DNA of 64,000 bases from an uncultured Christensenellaceae bacterium. Its GTDB lineage: Bacteria > Bacillota > Clostridia > Christensenellales > UBA3700. Made by a program: the position numbers and the translations under genes. The stretch is from NCBI GenBank assembly GCA_944381315.1, contig CALWKR010000031.1, positions 410 to 64,409 on the forward strand, given 5' to 3'. Shown here piece after piece: positions 34,035 through 42,895 of the stretch. The stretch's first letter is position 1. The number at the start of each line of letters is the position of its first letter. The notes under the pieces are model-generated. The model was not told where the DNA came from. It ran no database searches and worked only from the letters and a program-made list of their open reading frames with translations.

Positions 34035-34705
34035 AGCTTGATGACCTCCGCGAAGCGCTTGGTGATGTCCTTGGGTCTTGTGATCGCGCTGCCGATCACG
34101 ACGGCATAGACGCCCTGCGCCCATACCTTCTCGAGCTGCCCTCTCTCCCAAATTCCGCCCTCGGCGATGATCTTGGTGTCGGGGAAACTCTTGACGAGTT
34201 TGCCTATGAATTCGACGTCGGGCAGAGCTATGCCCTTGGTGTAGGACGTATAGCCGCGCAGCGTGGTGCCGACGTAGTCGAAGCCGAGTTTGACGGCGTT
34301 GGCAGCCTCGTCAAAGTCGCTGCAATCCGCCATGATCTCGACGTCGGGAGCCTTGTCGCGGATGTAGCGCACGAGCTCGGCAAGCTCCACTCCTCCCGGA
34401 CGGCGCCTGAGCGTGGCGTCGAGCGCGATCACCTTTGCACCGCAATCGATGAGGTCGTCCACCTCTTTGCGCGTCGGAGTGATGTAGACTTCGCTGTCTG
34501 GATATTCCGCTTTTATGATCGCGATGATCGGCACGTCGACTTCGCTCCTGATGTCTAGGATGTCGCTGACATAGTTTGCCCTTATGCCGACGGCGCCTCC
34601 TTGAACAGCCGCGCGCGCCATATATTTCATGATCCCGAGCCCGTACAACGGCTCGCCTTTGACTGCCTGGCAGGACACTATCAGTCCCCTGTTGAGATGC
34701 GCCAT
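34031..34705 (-). CDS. nanE: N-acetylmannosamine-6-phosphate 2-epimerase
   Basis: 224 aa. LIVSCQA and characteristic NanE TIM-barrel blocks. Confidence 0.9.
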   Translation of the reverse strand: MAHLNRGLIVSCQAVKGEPLYGLGIMKYMARAAVQGGAVGIRANYVSDILDIRSEVDVPIIAIIKAEYPDSEVYITPTRKEVDDLIDCGAKVIALDATLRRRPGGVELAELVRYIRDKAPDVEIMADCSDFDEAANAVKLGFDYVGTTLRGYTSYTKGIALPDVEFIGKLVKSFPDTKIIAEGGIWERGQLEKVWAQGVYAVVIGSAITRPKDITKRFAEVIKL

Positions 34706-34706
34706 T

Positions 34707-36020
34707 TTATGCCTCCGTACTTGATTTTATGTCGTCCAATGTCAGCTTGACGAAGTCGACGGTCTCGTGCATCGTACTGCCCTCGTAGAGCACGCCGATC
34801 GAGCCGTCCGCCATCTGCGTCATGCAGCTGTATACGAATTCGCCCTCTTTGATCGTCAGCGAATGCGCGAACGTCTCGCCGTAGTCGTAGGACAGACGGA
34901 TGACTCCGTGCTCGCGCTTGTTTTCGCTCGCGGCGTTGAGGACGAGAGTCGCCTCGCGGTCGCCGTCCATGACGTTGAGCGCGCTGATCTGACAGATGGG
35001 CTGAGGGATGTCGAGATAGTGATAGTCATGCCAAGTCTCGCCGCCGTCGGTGCTGGTCGCTACCGCGACTCTGCGACGCGAGGAATGGTTGCGGATAAAC
35101 GCTTTGAGCCCTCCGCCCGGCAGCGTCACGATCTGGGCTTCGCTGGTCCTCTCTCCGTCCGCGATCAGCTTGTGCCCGACTTTGAACACGCCCAAACGCT
35201 TGCGGTTTTCGCCCATAGCTCCGCCGCGGCGCCATGTGTTGCCGCCGTCGTCGCTGAAAATGCAGGCGGCGCACTCCATCAACGGCCAAAAGCGCGGAGT
35301 GAAGTAGATGGGCACGACGATGCGTCCCTTGTGCTTGCCCTCCGTCAGCTGCACTCCCACTCCGGGTCCGGCGCCGATGAAACACATATAGTCTTCTTTT
35401 ACGGACGGCGAGATGCACTCGGGAGTCGTCCATGTGACGCCGTTGTCAAAGCTCTTCGCGATGTACATGTATGAGGTGCGATATTCGCTGAAACCGCCCT
35501 CTCCCGTGCGGATGTTGCCGACTTTTTCGCCGTTCGCGAGCACGTCGAAATGCCCGTCCACGCAAAACTCGGTCGCCTTGGCTCCGTCATAGAGTTTGCC
35601 GTCGCCGCCGAGAGCGAGTCGGCGCTTGCCGTAGACGACGATCTGTCTGCCCTCGGAGTCAAAGCCCGTGCCTCTGCGGCTGTTGAGGATGCCGACGCCG
35701 GCAGGGGTGTGACTGTACAGCATCAGCAAAGTGCCCTTGGTCCTGTCAAAGACAAGGCAGGGATCTATCGCCGCGGACGAATGCTCGCGATCCGCGCCGC
35801 ACTCGGTGACGGCGAAACGCATATCGCTCCAGCTCTCGCCGTTGTCGAAAGAACGGCAAATGACTTTTTCTATACGATTGGGGTTGTCGGAACCGCCATA
35901 GAGTCTGGCGTCCGCGCACGCGATGACAGTGCCGTCGTCTGCGGTGATGATCGACGGGATACGGTAGTTGTTTACGGGACCGCGCTCCTTGGAGAACAGT
36001 CGGAATGGAGTAGAACGCAT
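34707..36020 (-). CDS. Exo-alpha-sialidase (GH33), no signal peptide
   Basis: YRIPS (RIP) motif and four Asp-boxes (SFDNGESW, SFDNGVTW, SDDGGNTW, STDGGETW). ATG 36020 is preceded by GAGGAG. Confidence 0.9.
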   Translation of the reverse strand: MRSTPFRLFSKERGPVNNYRIPSIITADDGTVIACADARLYGGSDNPNRIEKVICRSFDNGESWSDMRFAVTECGADREHSSAAIDPCLVFDRTKGTLLMLYSHTPAGVGILNSRRGTGFDSEGRQIVVYGKRRLALGGDGKLYDGAKATEFCVDGHFDVLANGEKVGNIRTGEGGFSEYRTSYMYIAKSFDNGVTWTTPECISPSVKEDYMCFIGAGPGVGVQLTEGKHKGRIVVPIYFTPRFWPLMECAACIFSDDGGNTWRRGGAMGENRKRLGVFKVGHKLIADGERTSEAQIVTLPGGGLKAFIRNHSSRRRVAVATSTDGGETWHDYHYLDIPQPICQISALNVMDGDREATLVLNAASENKREHGVIRLSYDYGETFAHSLTIKEGEFVYSCMTQMADGSIGVLYEGSTMHETVDFVKLTLDDIKSSTEA

Positions 36021-36052
36021 GATTGCTCCTCGCCTCACGGCTTTGTTTTCAA

Positions 36053-36081
36053 ATTATAGCACCTGCGCACGCGTTAGTCAA
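36053..36081 (-). promoter_or_regulatory. Sigma-A-type promoter of the sialidase-nan operon (TTGACT-17-TGcTATAAT)
   Basis: Minus strand reads TTGACT (36076-36081), a 17-nt spacer, and TGCTATAAT (36053-36061). Confidence 0.75.
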
Positions 36082-36103
36082 TCTACGGCGCAAAACTGCA
36101 CTG

Positions 36104-36616
36104 TCAAATCGGCAGATCGGTGAGCTCGTCTCCGCACTCGTCGGCGATCAACGCGTTGCCGCCATAGAGCACGATGTAGATCTCGGCGTCATAGCCGCGC
36201 AAAAACGCGTCCGCCTCTTGAGTCGCTATGCGGTAGGCTTCCTTCTTGGGATAGCCGTAAACGCCTGCCGACACGAGCGGCGTCGCGACGCTCTTCAAGC
36301 CGTACCGCTTGACCAGCTCGAAACAACTGCGATAGCACGAACGCAGCAATTCCTCTTCGCCAAAACCGCCGCCGTGCCATATCGGGCCGACGGTGTGGAT
36401 GACGTACTTTGCTTTCAGGTCATAGCCTCGCGTGATCTTCGCCTTGCCCGTCTCGCAGCCGCCGAGAGCGCGGCACTCGGCAAGCAGACCGTCGCCTGCC
36501 GCCCTGTGTATCGCGCCGTCCACGCCGCCTCCGCCCAACAGCGAATTCTTGGCGGCGTTGATGATCGCGTCGACGCGGCATTGCGTGATGTCGCCAGTGC
36601 AGACGTGGCGCGCCAT
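36104..36616 (-). CDS. Macro-domain protein (O-acetyl-ADP-ribose deacetylase-like)
   Basis: 170 aa. GDITQ...DAIINAAN-type start, GGGGVDGAIH, and GVYGYP motifs. Confidence 0.85.
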   Translation of the reverse strand: MARHVCTGDITQCRVDAIINAAKNSLLGGGGVDGAIHRAAGDGLLAECRALGGCETGKAKITRGYDLKAKYVIHTVGPIWHGGGFGEEELLRSCYRSCFELVKRYGLKSVATPLVSAGVYGYPKKEAYRIATQEADAFLRGYDAEIYIVLYGGNALIADECGDELTDLPI

Positions 36617-36996
36617 CAGTGCATCAAAGGCGACGTCATCACAAAATCGGCGGTCGCCTTGTTGGTCGCTATCGGTACGTCATAGAGCGCGGCTATGCGC
36701 AGCAACGCCTTGACGTCGGGATCGTGCGGCTGCATGGACAGCGGATCCCAAAAGAAGATGACAACGTCGATCTGCCCTTCGGCGATCTTTGCGCCTATCT
36801 GCTGATCTCCGCCGAGCGGCCCCGACAGATAGCGATAGACTTCCAGCCCCGTGGACTCGGCGACCAACTTGGCGGTGGTGCCTGTGCCGCAGAGCTGATA
36901 TTTGGCGAGCAAGTCGCGGTTCTTCATCGACCATGCGACCATCTCGGCTTTTTTGTTGTCGTGCGCGATGAGCGCTACTGTCTTGATCTCTTTCAT
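36616..36996 (-). CDS. mgsA: Methylglyoxal synthase
   Basis: 126 aa. ALIAHD, GTGTT, PLGGDQQ and DPL..QPHDPD motifs. Confidence 0.95.
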   Translation of the reverse strand: MKEIKTVALIAHDNKKAEMVAWSMKNRDLLAKYQLCGTGTTAKLVAESTGLEVYRYLSGPLGGDQQIGAKIAEGQIDVVIFFWDPLSMQPHDPDVKALLRIAALYDVPIATNKATADFVMTSPLMH

Positions 36997-37121
36997 ATTC
37001 TCCTCTTTCTGTTTCTAAAAACAGTTTATCACATCGGCGCAACGACTGCAAGCGAAAGCTCTCGACAGCGGACGGCGGCGCAAACTTTTCTTGAAGTCGA
37101 CGCGGCGAAAACGGAAAAGGA

Positions 37122-37218
37122 AAACTTCGCACGACGCGTCCGCGCATAAACATTGTGTATTTATTTGTTCCGCTCCCGATATTGAGGGAAACTTCGCACG
37201 ACGCGTCCGCGCATAAAC
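37122..37218. repeat. 30-nt exact direct repeat, two copies 67 bp apart
   Basis: AAACTTCGCACGACGCGTCCGCGCATAAAC occurs at 37122-37151 and 37189-37218. It contains the 8-bp palindrome GACGCGTC. Confidence 0.9.
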
Positions 37219-37369
37219 CCTTTGCGACAAAGCTCCGCCCTTCGACTAACTCTCGCGAGCAAACGAGAAGACGCGGATCGGAGCGGCGCAAATATCGGTT
37301 AGCAAGCACTAACTTGATGCCTGTCTCGAATTTTTGTGTTATCATCGAAAAAAACAACGGAGGTACACC

Positions 37370-37639
37370 ATGAACGAAACGCGCTCAATGCCGCTCATCG
37401 GCGACGCTGCGCCTGCTTTCGAAGCGGTGACGACGCAGGGGAAGATCAAGTTCTCCGAAGACTACAAGAGCAAGTGGGTGATCCTCTTCTCCCATCCTGC
37501 CGATTGGCGCGAAGGCGACGACGTCATCGTCCCGACCGCAGGCTCGTGCGGCGTGGCGAAAGAGAGAATGGGATCGTCCGACAAGGATATGTATTGCCCG
37601 GATTGGTTCCTCTGCTTCCGCAAGGAAAGCAAAAACTAA
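37370..37639 (+). pseudogene. Peroxiredoxin remnant with in-frame internal deletion
   Basis: The 89-aa product joins a Prx N-terminus (PLIGDAAPAFEAVTTQGKIKFSEDYKSKWVILFSHPAD) directly to a Prx6-like C-terminus (W-REGDDVIVP...CPDWFLCFRKE). The FTPVCTTE peroxidatic-Cys region and core are absent. The SD GGAGG is intact. Confidence 0.6.
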
Positions 37640-37823
37640 CATCGCCCCCAGACGGCTCTGCCGTCCGTATATTGCTCTGCACCGTCTCTTTCTCAAAGGG
37701 GCGGTGCTTTTTTTTGCGCGGCAAAACGTGCCGCTGCGCAAGGCAGACGGTCCTTGCACAAAAACGCATTGCCGCGCCTTGGCCTGTTCGCAAGGCGCAA
37801 AGATGTGCCGCTAGTTTTTTCGC

Positions 37824-37854
37824 ACAAAAAAGCTGCCACCGTGAAGTGACAGCT
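37824..37854 (-). terminator. Rho-independent terminator after the DUF1858 gene
   Basis: Minus strand reads AGCTGTCAC-TTCACG-GTGGCAGCT (one G-U pair), followed by TTTTTTG. Confidence 0.65.
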
Positions 37855-37887
37855 CTTTCGATCCATGCGATAAAGTCGCCTATCGGC

Positions 37888-38094
37888 TTAGAGCGCGGCG
37901 GCCTTGTTCAAATTGTCCACCAACTCGTCTACGTCGATGCCGTGGACTGCCGCTGCGTCGGCAACGGTCTCGTTGTGCGCGAGAGCGCAGCCCAAACAAT
38001 GCATGCCCGCGCTGAAAAGCACATTGGCGATCTGCTCGGCATTGCCGCACTTGAGAGCGTCGGCGATGAGTGTATCCTTGGTGATCTTTTCCAT
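37888..38094 (-). CDS. DUF1858 / hybrid-cluster-protein-associated redox disulfide domain protein
   Basis: 68 aa. GMHCLGCALAHNETV motif typical of this small family. Confidence 0.8.
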   Translation of the reverse strand: MEKITKDTLIADALKCGNAEQIANVLFSAGMHCLGCALAHNETVADAAAVHGIDVDELVDNLNKAAAL

Positions 38095-38145
38095 ATTTAC
38101 CTCCGTACCCCGTCAATTCATACTATTTTGGTGGGGATTATCGTA

Positions 38146-38174
38146 ATTATAGCATCGTTTGCCGATCAGGGCAA
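38146..38174 (-). promoter_or_regulatory. Sigma-A-type promoter for the DUF1858 gene (TTGCCC-17-TGcTATAAT)
   Basis: Minus strand reads TTGCCC (38169-38174), a 17-nt spacer, and TGCTATAAT (38146-38154). Confidence 0.55.
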
Positions 38175-38184
38175 GCGTTTTGCC

Positions 38185-39297
38185 TCAAAAAAGGAACATA
38201 TATGCGAGATAGCCGACGAGAGCGACCGCGCCTGCGATCACGATGCCGAGCAACGTCGCTCTGATCGGCGAGATCGGCGCCTTGCCGAACGCCTTGCCCG
38301 TACGCCCGTTGACGACGCAGCCATAGTCCTTTTTGCGGTAGCGGTAGCTGCTGATCCACAGCGGAGCGCAGACATACTTGTAGGTCGTGCCCGAATAGAC
38401 GGGATAGACGTTGATGTATGCGACTCTGTCCGCACGCGGATAACGCGCCTTCACCTTTTCTTTGAGATCGGCGACTATGCTCTCCTTGGCGTATTCCCAG
38501 CTGTCGTCGAGCCCTGTAGAATAGCGTTCCGCCGAAAAGCCGCTCATAAAATCGTCGTCATAGGCGACGGCGTTGACGGTGTCGAAGCCGCCTATCTTGT
38601 TCATCGCCTTGGCGTCGACGTATTGGCTCGCCTCGACTTGGATGTCGTTGTATCTCTCGCCCAACGATCCGCTGACGTGGAACCAGCGCACGCGCGTCTC
38701 CGTCCTCCTGTTCTTGCCCGAGCCGACGACGACGGTGTAGGTCTCGCCCAGCTTGGCTTCGTAAGTGGCGTTGACGTTGCTGTCAAATGTCCACACGGGG
38801 ATATAGACGCCGCGCATCTCCTTGACTTTCGCCTCTTTTTTGAGCTTGTGCGGCGAGAGCCATTTCTTTTTGAGCCACTTGCGCCAATAGCCCTGCGCCT
38901 CTTGCCGAGGTATGGAAAAAGGCAGGATCGCGTTGGGTTTGAGCCCGGGCAAGTCGTCGCGCTCGATGATGTTGGGCGCGCCGCAGAACGGGCATACCGA
39001 CGACGTCTGATATTCTTCAAGCATCGTCTCCGCGCCGCATACGGGACACTTGTATGCCTTGACTCCGCCCCAACTCTGATAGTCCTGCTCGGACAGCGCC
39101 GTGTAGTACAGCTCTTGCGCCGGCTTGGCGACGATCTCGCGCTCGGTGCCGCAATAATCGCAATGCAGCTTTTGCGTGGCGGGATCGAACTTCAAAAAGT
39201 TGCCGCACGAAGGACACTTGTATGTCTCGGACGTGACGCCTTCCGCCTTTTGGGTCAACGGCTCGTCTGCGCCCAAAGTCTGCTCCTGCTCGCTCAT
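38185..39297 (-). CDS. Zinc-ribbon membrane protein (YdjG-like)
   Basis: 370 aa. Three CxxC...CxxC pairs at the N-terminus (CPSCG...CDYCG, CPVCG...CPFCG). C-terminal TM. ATGA overlap with the SPFH gene stop. Confidence 0.6.
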   Translation of the reverse strand: MSEQEQTLGADEPLTQKAEGVTSETYKCPSCGNFLKFDPATQKLHCDYCGTEREIVAKPAQELYYTALSEQDYQSWGGVKAYKCPVCGAETMLEEYQTSSVCPFCGAPNIIERDDLPGLKPNAILPFSIPRQEAQGYWRKWLKKKWLSPHKLKKEAKVKEMRGVYIPVWTFDSNVNATYEAKLGETYTVVVGSGKNRRTETRVRWFHVSGSLGERYNDIQVEASQYVDAKAMNKIGGFDTVNAVAYDDDFMSGFSAERYSTGLDDSWEYAKESIVADLKEKVKARYPRADRVAYINVYPVYSGTTYKYVCAPLWISSYRYRKKDYGCVVNGRTGKAFGKAPISPIRATLLGIVIAGAVALVGYLAYMFLF

Positions 39298-40412
39298 TTA
39301 AGCTTTTCTCCGCACTCGGGGCAGAACTTGGCGCCCGGCTTGACTTGCTTGCCGCACTTGGGGCAAGTGCTGACGAGAGCCTGACCGCATTCGGGGCAGA
39401 ACTTGGCGCCTTTGCGTACCGCCGCATGGCACTTGGGGCACTCGACGGTCTCGACCATGGTCTTGCCGCACTCGGGGCAGAATTTGGCGCCTTTGCGCAC
39501 CTTGGCTCCGCAATGCGGACACGTCTCCTTGTTGTCGTCCGCGCCGATGTTGCTCATGCCGTCGGCGAACATCTTGCCTATCCCGAGCCCTGCGCCCAAG
39601 CCTACGCCTGCGCCGGCAATGCCGCCCGGATTCTTCGCCGCGTCGCGCATCGCCTCGACGGACTGCATTTGGGCATAGCCCTGCATGGCGCCGTTCATCA
39701 CTCCGACGGACGTGCGCTTGTCCATCATCTTCTCCACTTCTTCGGGCAGAGACAGATTCTCGATGTACAGACCCTTGATCTCGATGCCGAGACGAGCAAA
39801 GTCGTCCGCCATCTTTTGGCGCGTGAGCTCGGACAGCTCGTCATAGTGCCCTGCAAGATCGATCGCCGCGATGCCCGACTCCGCGATCGCGGTGCTGAGC
39901 TCGGACACGATGATCTTCTTGAAGTAGTTGTCGACGTCCTTGACGGACAGCTGTCCCATGGAGCCGAACAATTCGCTCATCGCCGCGGTCGGCGTGCCCA
40001 CCGCGAACGAATAGACGCCGAATCCTCTGATGCGCACCATGCCGAACTCCTTGTCGCGCATCATCACGGGGTTGGACGTCCCCCACTTGTTGTCGATGAA
40101 TTGCTTGGTCGAGATGAAATAGATGTCGCCCGTGTACGGCGTTTCCCAAGCGTATTTCCAGTTGTAGAGCGCGGTCAAGAGAGGTATGTTCTTGATGTCC
40201 TCGAGCTTGTAGGTGCCCGGCCCGAACACGTCGGCAAGCTTGCCCTCTTGGATGAACATCGCCTTCTGCCCCTCGCGAACGACGAGCACGGAGTTGCGCA
40301 TGATCTCCTCTTTGCGCTCCAAAGGATATTTCCAGACAATGCTGTTCTGGTCGTCATTCTCCCATTGAATGACCTTGCGGAATTGTCTTTTCAGAAAATC
40401 GAAAAGTCCCAT
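39294..40412 (-). CDS. SPFH/band-7 domain protein (YdjI-like) with three C-terminal zinc ribbons
   Basis: Start ATG 40412 (MGLFDFLKRQF) with SD GAGGAGGA. SPFH-like core. C-terminal triple repeat CPxC-x7-GAKFCPECG. Confidence 0.85.
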   Translation of the reverse strand: MGLFDFLKRQFRKVIQWENDDQNSIVWKYPLERKEEIMRNSVLVVREGQKAMFIQEGKLADVFGPGTYKLEDIKNIPLLTALYNWKYAWETPYTGDIYFISTKQFIDNKWGTSNPVMMRDKEFGMVRIRGFGVYSFAVGTPTAAMSELFGSMGQLSVKDVDNYFKKIIVSELSTAIAESGIAAIDLAGHYDELSELTRQKMADDFARLGIEIKGLYIENLSLPEEVEKMMDKRTSVGVMNGAMQGYAQMQSVEAMRDAAKNPGGIAGAGVGLGAGLGIGKMFADGMSNIGADDNKETCPHCGAKVRKGAKFCPECGKTMVETVECPKCHAAVRKGAKFCPECGQALVSTCPKCGKQVKPGAKFCPECGEKLK

Positions 40413-40481
40413 ATGTCCTCCTCTTCGGCGGTTCGGGCTCTGCCCGAATATCATCTGTCATACCGCCATGATATCATTTCA

Positions 40482-40510
40482 ATTATATATCATATTCGCG
40501 AAATCGTCAA
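40482..40510 (-). promoter_or_regulatory. Sigma-A-type promoter for the SPFH operon (TTGACG-17-TATAAT)
   Basis: Minus strand reads TTGACG (40505-40510), a 17-nt spacer, and TATAAT (40482-40487). Confidence 0.75.
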
Positions 40511-40516
40511 CGATTC

Positions 40517-41626
40517 TCAAAGTCTGCGCTCGAACTCGTCATAGCCGAACTCGCGCACGAGCTCCAAACTCCCGTCCCTTTTCCGCACACAGATCGACGG
40601 CAGACGCATGCCGTTGAACGTGTTGGTCTTGACCATCGTATAGAGCGCCATGTCCTCAAATCGCAGCTTGTCTCCGACTTGGAGCGGCGCGTCAAAAGAA
40701 TAGTCGCCTATCACGTCGCCGGCAAGACACGTCGGTCCGCCGAGACGATAGGTGTATCTCTTCTCCCCTGCAAGTCCGCTGCCCGTGAGCGGCGGCCGAT
40801 AGGGCATCTCCAACACGTCGGGCATATGGCACGCCGCCGACGCGTCTACGATCGCGATCTTCATCCCGTTGGTCACGATGTCCTCGACGCGGCAGATCAA
40901 ATAGCCTGCGTTGAGGACGACGGCCTCGCCCGGCTCCAAATAGATCGTCGCGCCGTACTTGTCCTGCAAGCGCTTGACTATCGCGACGAGCCGCTCGCGG
41001 TCATAGTCGGCGCGAGTGATGTGGTGCCCGCCGCCCAAGTTGATCCACTTGCAGCGTTTGAGCACCGCTCCGAAAGACGCTTCGAGGGCGCCGACGGTCG
41101 CGTCGAGGTCGTCCGAGTTTTGCTCGCAAAGCGTGTGCATATGCACTCCGTCGAGCATGGACGCAAGCTCTCCGTCAAGCTCGGACGCTATCGTCCCGAG
41201 CCGCGAGAACTCGCCGCACGGATCGTATATCCCGTGTCCTCTCTGAGTGGAGAAGCAGGGATTGAGCCTCAGCCCGACTTGCTTGCCGGCGGCTTTCGCG
41301 CGAGGCAAAAATTTTCGTGCCTGTGTCGGTGAATTGAATATTATGTGATCGACGTAGCCGAGCAGCTCCTCCCACTCTTCTTCGTTGTAGGCAGGCGAAA
41401 AGACATGTGTCTCCTTGCCGAAGCGAGTCTTGCCCAAGCGCGCTTCGTACAGTCCGCTCGCCGTCGTGCCGTCGAGATATTCGCCAATGAGCGGATAGGT
41501 GCAAAAGGCGGAGTACGCCTTCTGGGCAAGCAAGATCTTGCAGCCTGCCCTCTCGCGTACTTCGCCGAGGATCTCCAAGTTGCGGACAAGCGCCGCTTCG
41601 TCTATCTCAAAATACGGGGTGCGCAT
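40517..41626 (-). CDS. nspC: Carboxynorspermidine/carboxyspermidine decarboxylase
   Basis: Start ATG 41626 (MRTPYFEIDEAAL) with a 1-nt overlap on the upstream stop. Alanine-racemase-fold PLP decarboxylase blocks typical of NspC. Confidence 0.9.
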   Translation of the reverse strand: MRTPYFEIDEAALVRNLEILGEVRERAGCKILLAQKAYSAFCTYPLIGEYLDGTTASGLYEARLGKTRFGKETHVFSPAYNEEEWEELLGYVDHIIFNSPTQARKFLPRAKAAGKQVGLRLNPCFSTQRGHGIYDPCGEFSRLGTIASELDGELASMLDGVHMHTLCEQNSDDLDATVGALEASFGAVLKRCKWINLGGGHHITRADYDRERLVAIVKRLQDKYGATIYLEPGEAVVLNAGYLICRVEDIVTNGMKIAIVDASAACHMPDVLEMPYRPPLTGSGLAGEKRYTYRLGGPTCLAGDVIGDYSFDAPLQVGDKLRFEDMALYTMVKTNTFNGMRLPSICVRKRDGSLELVREFGYDEFERRL

Positions 41627-42885
41627 CAGTCTACGAGCACGGGGTCGTCGACGATCTTCCACGGCAAGCCGTTTTTGTTGAGCTCGTCCATGAACGGATC
41701 GGGGTCAAATTCCTCGGGAGTGAACACGCCCTTCTTGTCCCACTTGCCCGTCAAGATCATCTTTGCGCCTATCATCGCAGGCACTCCCGTCGTGTAGGAG
41801 ATCGCCTGAGATTCGACCTCTTTGTAGCACTCCTGATGGTCGCACACATTGTAGATGTAGGCGGTCTTGCGCTTGCCGTCCTTGACGCCCGTAAAGATGC
41901 AGCCGATGTTGGTCTTGCCCTTGGTGCGCGGTCCGAGCGACGCGGGATCGGGCAGCAGCGCTTTGAGGAATTGGATGGGCACGATCTCTCTGCCCTCGTA
42001 TTCGATCGGCGTCGTCGAGAGCATCCCGACGTTTTCGAGACACTTCATATGCGTGAGATAGCTTTGCCCGAACGTCATGAAGAATCTTATCCTCTTGACT
42101 CCCTTGATGTTTTTGGCAAGAGACTCTATCTCTTCGTGATGCAGCAGATACATATCCTTGACTCCGACTCCGTCAAAGTCGTATTGGCGCTTGATGCTCA
42201 TCGGCGCGACCTCTATCCACTTGCCGTCCTGCCAATAGGAGCCGGGCGCGGAGACTTCGCGCAGATTTATCTCGGGATTGAAGTTGGTCGCGAAAGGATA
42301 GCCGTGATCGCCGCCGTTGCAGTCAAGGATGTCTATCGTCTCTATCTCGTCGAACAAGTGCTTTTGGGCATAGGCGCAGAACACTTGCGTGACGCCCGGA
42401 TCAAAGCCCGAGCCGAGCAGCGCCGTCAAGCCTGCGTCCTTGAACTTGTCCTTGTAGTCCCACTGCCATGAGTAGTCGAACAGCGCGCTGAATCCCTCCT
42501 CCTTGCATCTCTTCTCGTATCTCGCCTTCCAGACGGGATCATCGAGGTTTTCGGGTTCATAGTTGGCGGTGTCCATATAGTCCACGCCGCATTGCAGGCA
42601 CGCGTCCATGATCGTCAGATCTTGATAGGGCAACGCGATGTTCATCACGAGATCGGGCTTGTAGCTGCGGATGAGCTCGCAGAGCGCGTCTTGGTCGTCC
42701 GCGTCCACCTGCGCCGTCTTGATGACGGTGTCGGTCGTGCCTTTGAGCTTGGCGGCGAGCGCGTCGCACTTGGAGAGCGTGCGGCTCGCTATCATTATCT
42801 CGCGGAACACATCGCTGTTTTTGCAGCACTTTCTGATTGCGACCGAGGCGACTCCGCCGCAGCCGATGATCAATACTCTTGCCAT
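41626..42885 (-). CDS. Carboxynorspermidine/carboxyspermidine dehydrogenase (saccharopine dehydrogenase family)
   Basis: 419 aa. Rossmann N-terminus VLIIGCGGVA. The length and blocks fit CANSDH, and it sits adjacent to nspC. Confidence 0.9.
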   Translation of the reverse strand: MARVLIIGCGGVASVAIRKCCKNSDVFREIMIASRTLSKCDALAAKLKGTTDTVIKTAQVDADDQDALCELIRSYKPDLVMNIALPYQDLTIMDACLQCGVDYMDTANYEPENLDDPVWKARYEKRCKEEGFSALFDYSWQWDYKDKFKDAGLTALLGSGFDPGVTQVFCAYAQKHLFDEIETIDILDCNGGDHGYPFATNFNPEINLREVSAPGSYWQDGKWIEVAPMSIKRQYDFDGVGVKDMYLLHHEEIESLAKNIKGVKRIRFFMTFGQSYLTHMKCLENVGMLSTTPIEYEGREIVPIQFLKALLPDPASLGPRTKGKTNIGCIFTGVKDGKRKTAYIYNVCDHQECYKEVESQAISYTTGVPAMIGAKMILTGKWDKKGVFTPEEFDPDPFMDELNKNGLPWKIVDDPVLVD

Positions 42886-42895
42886 GATATTCTCC

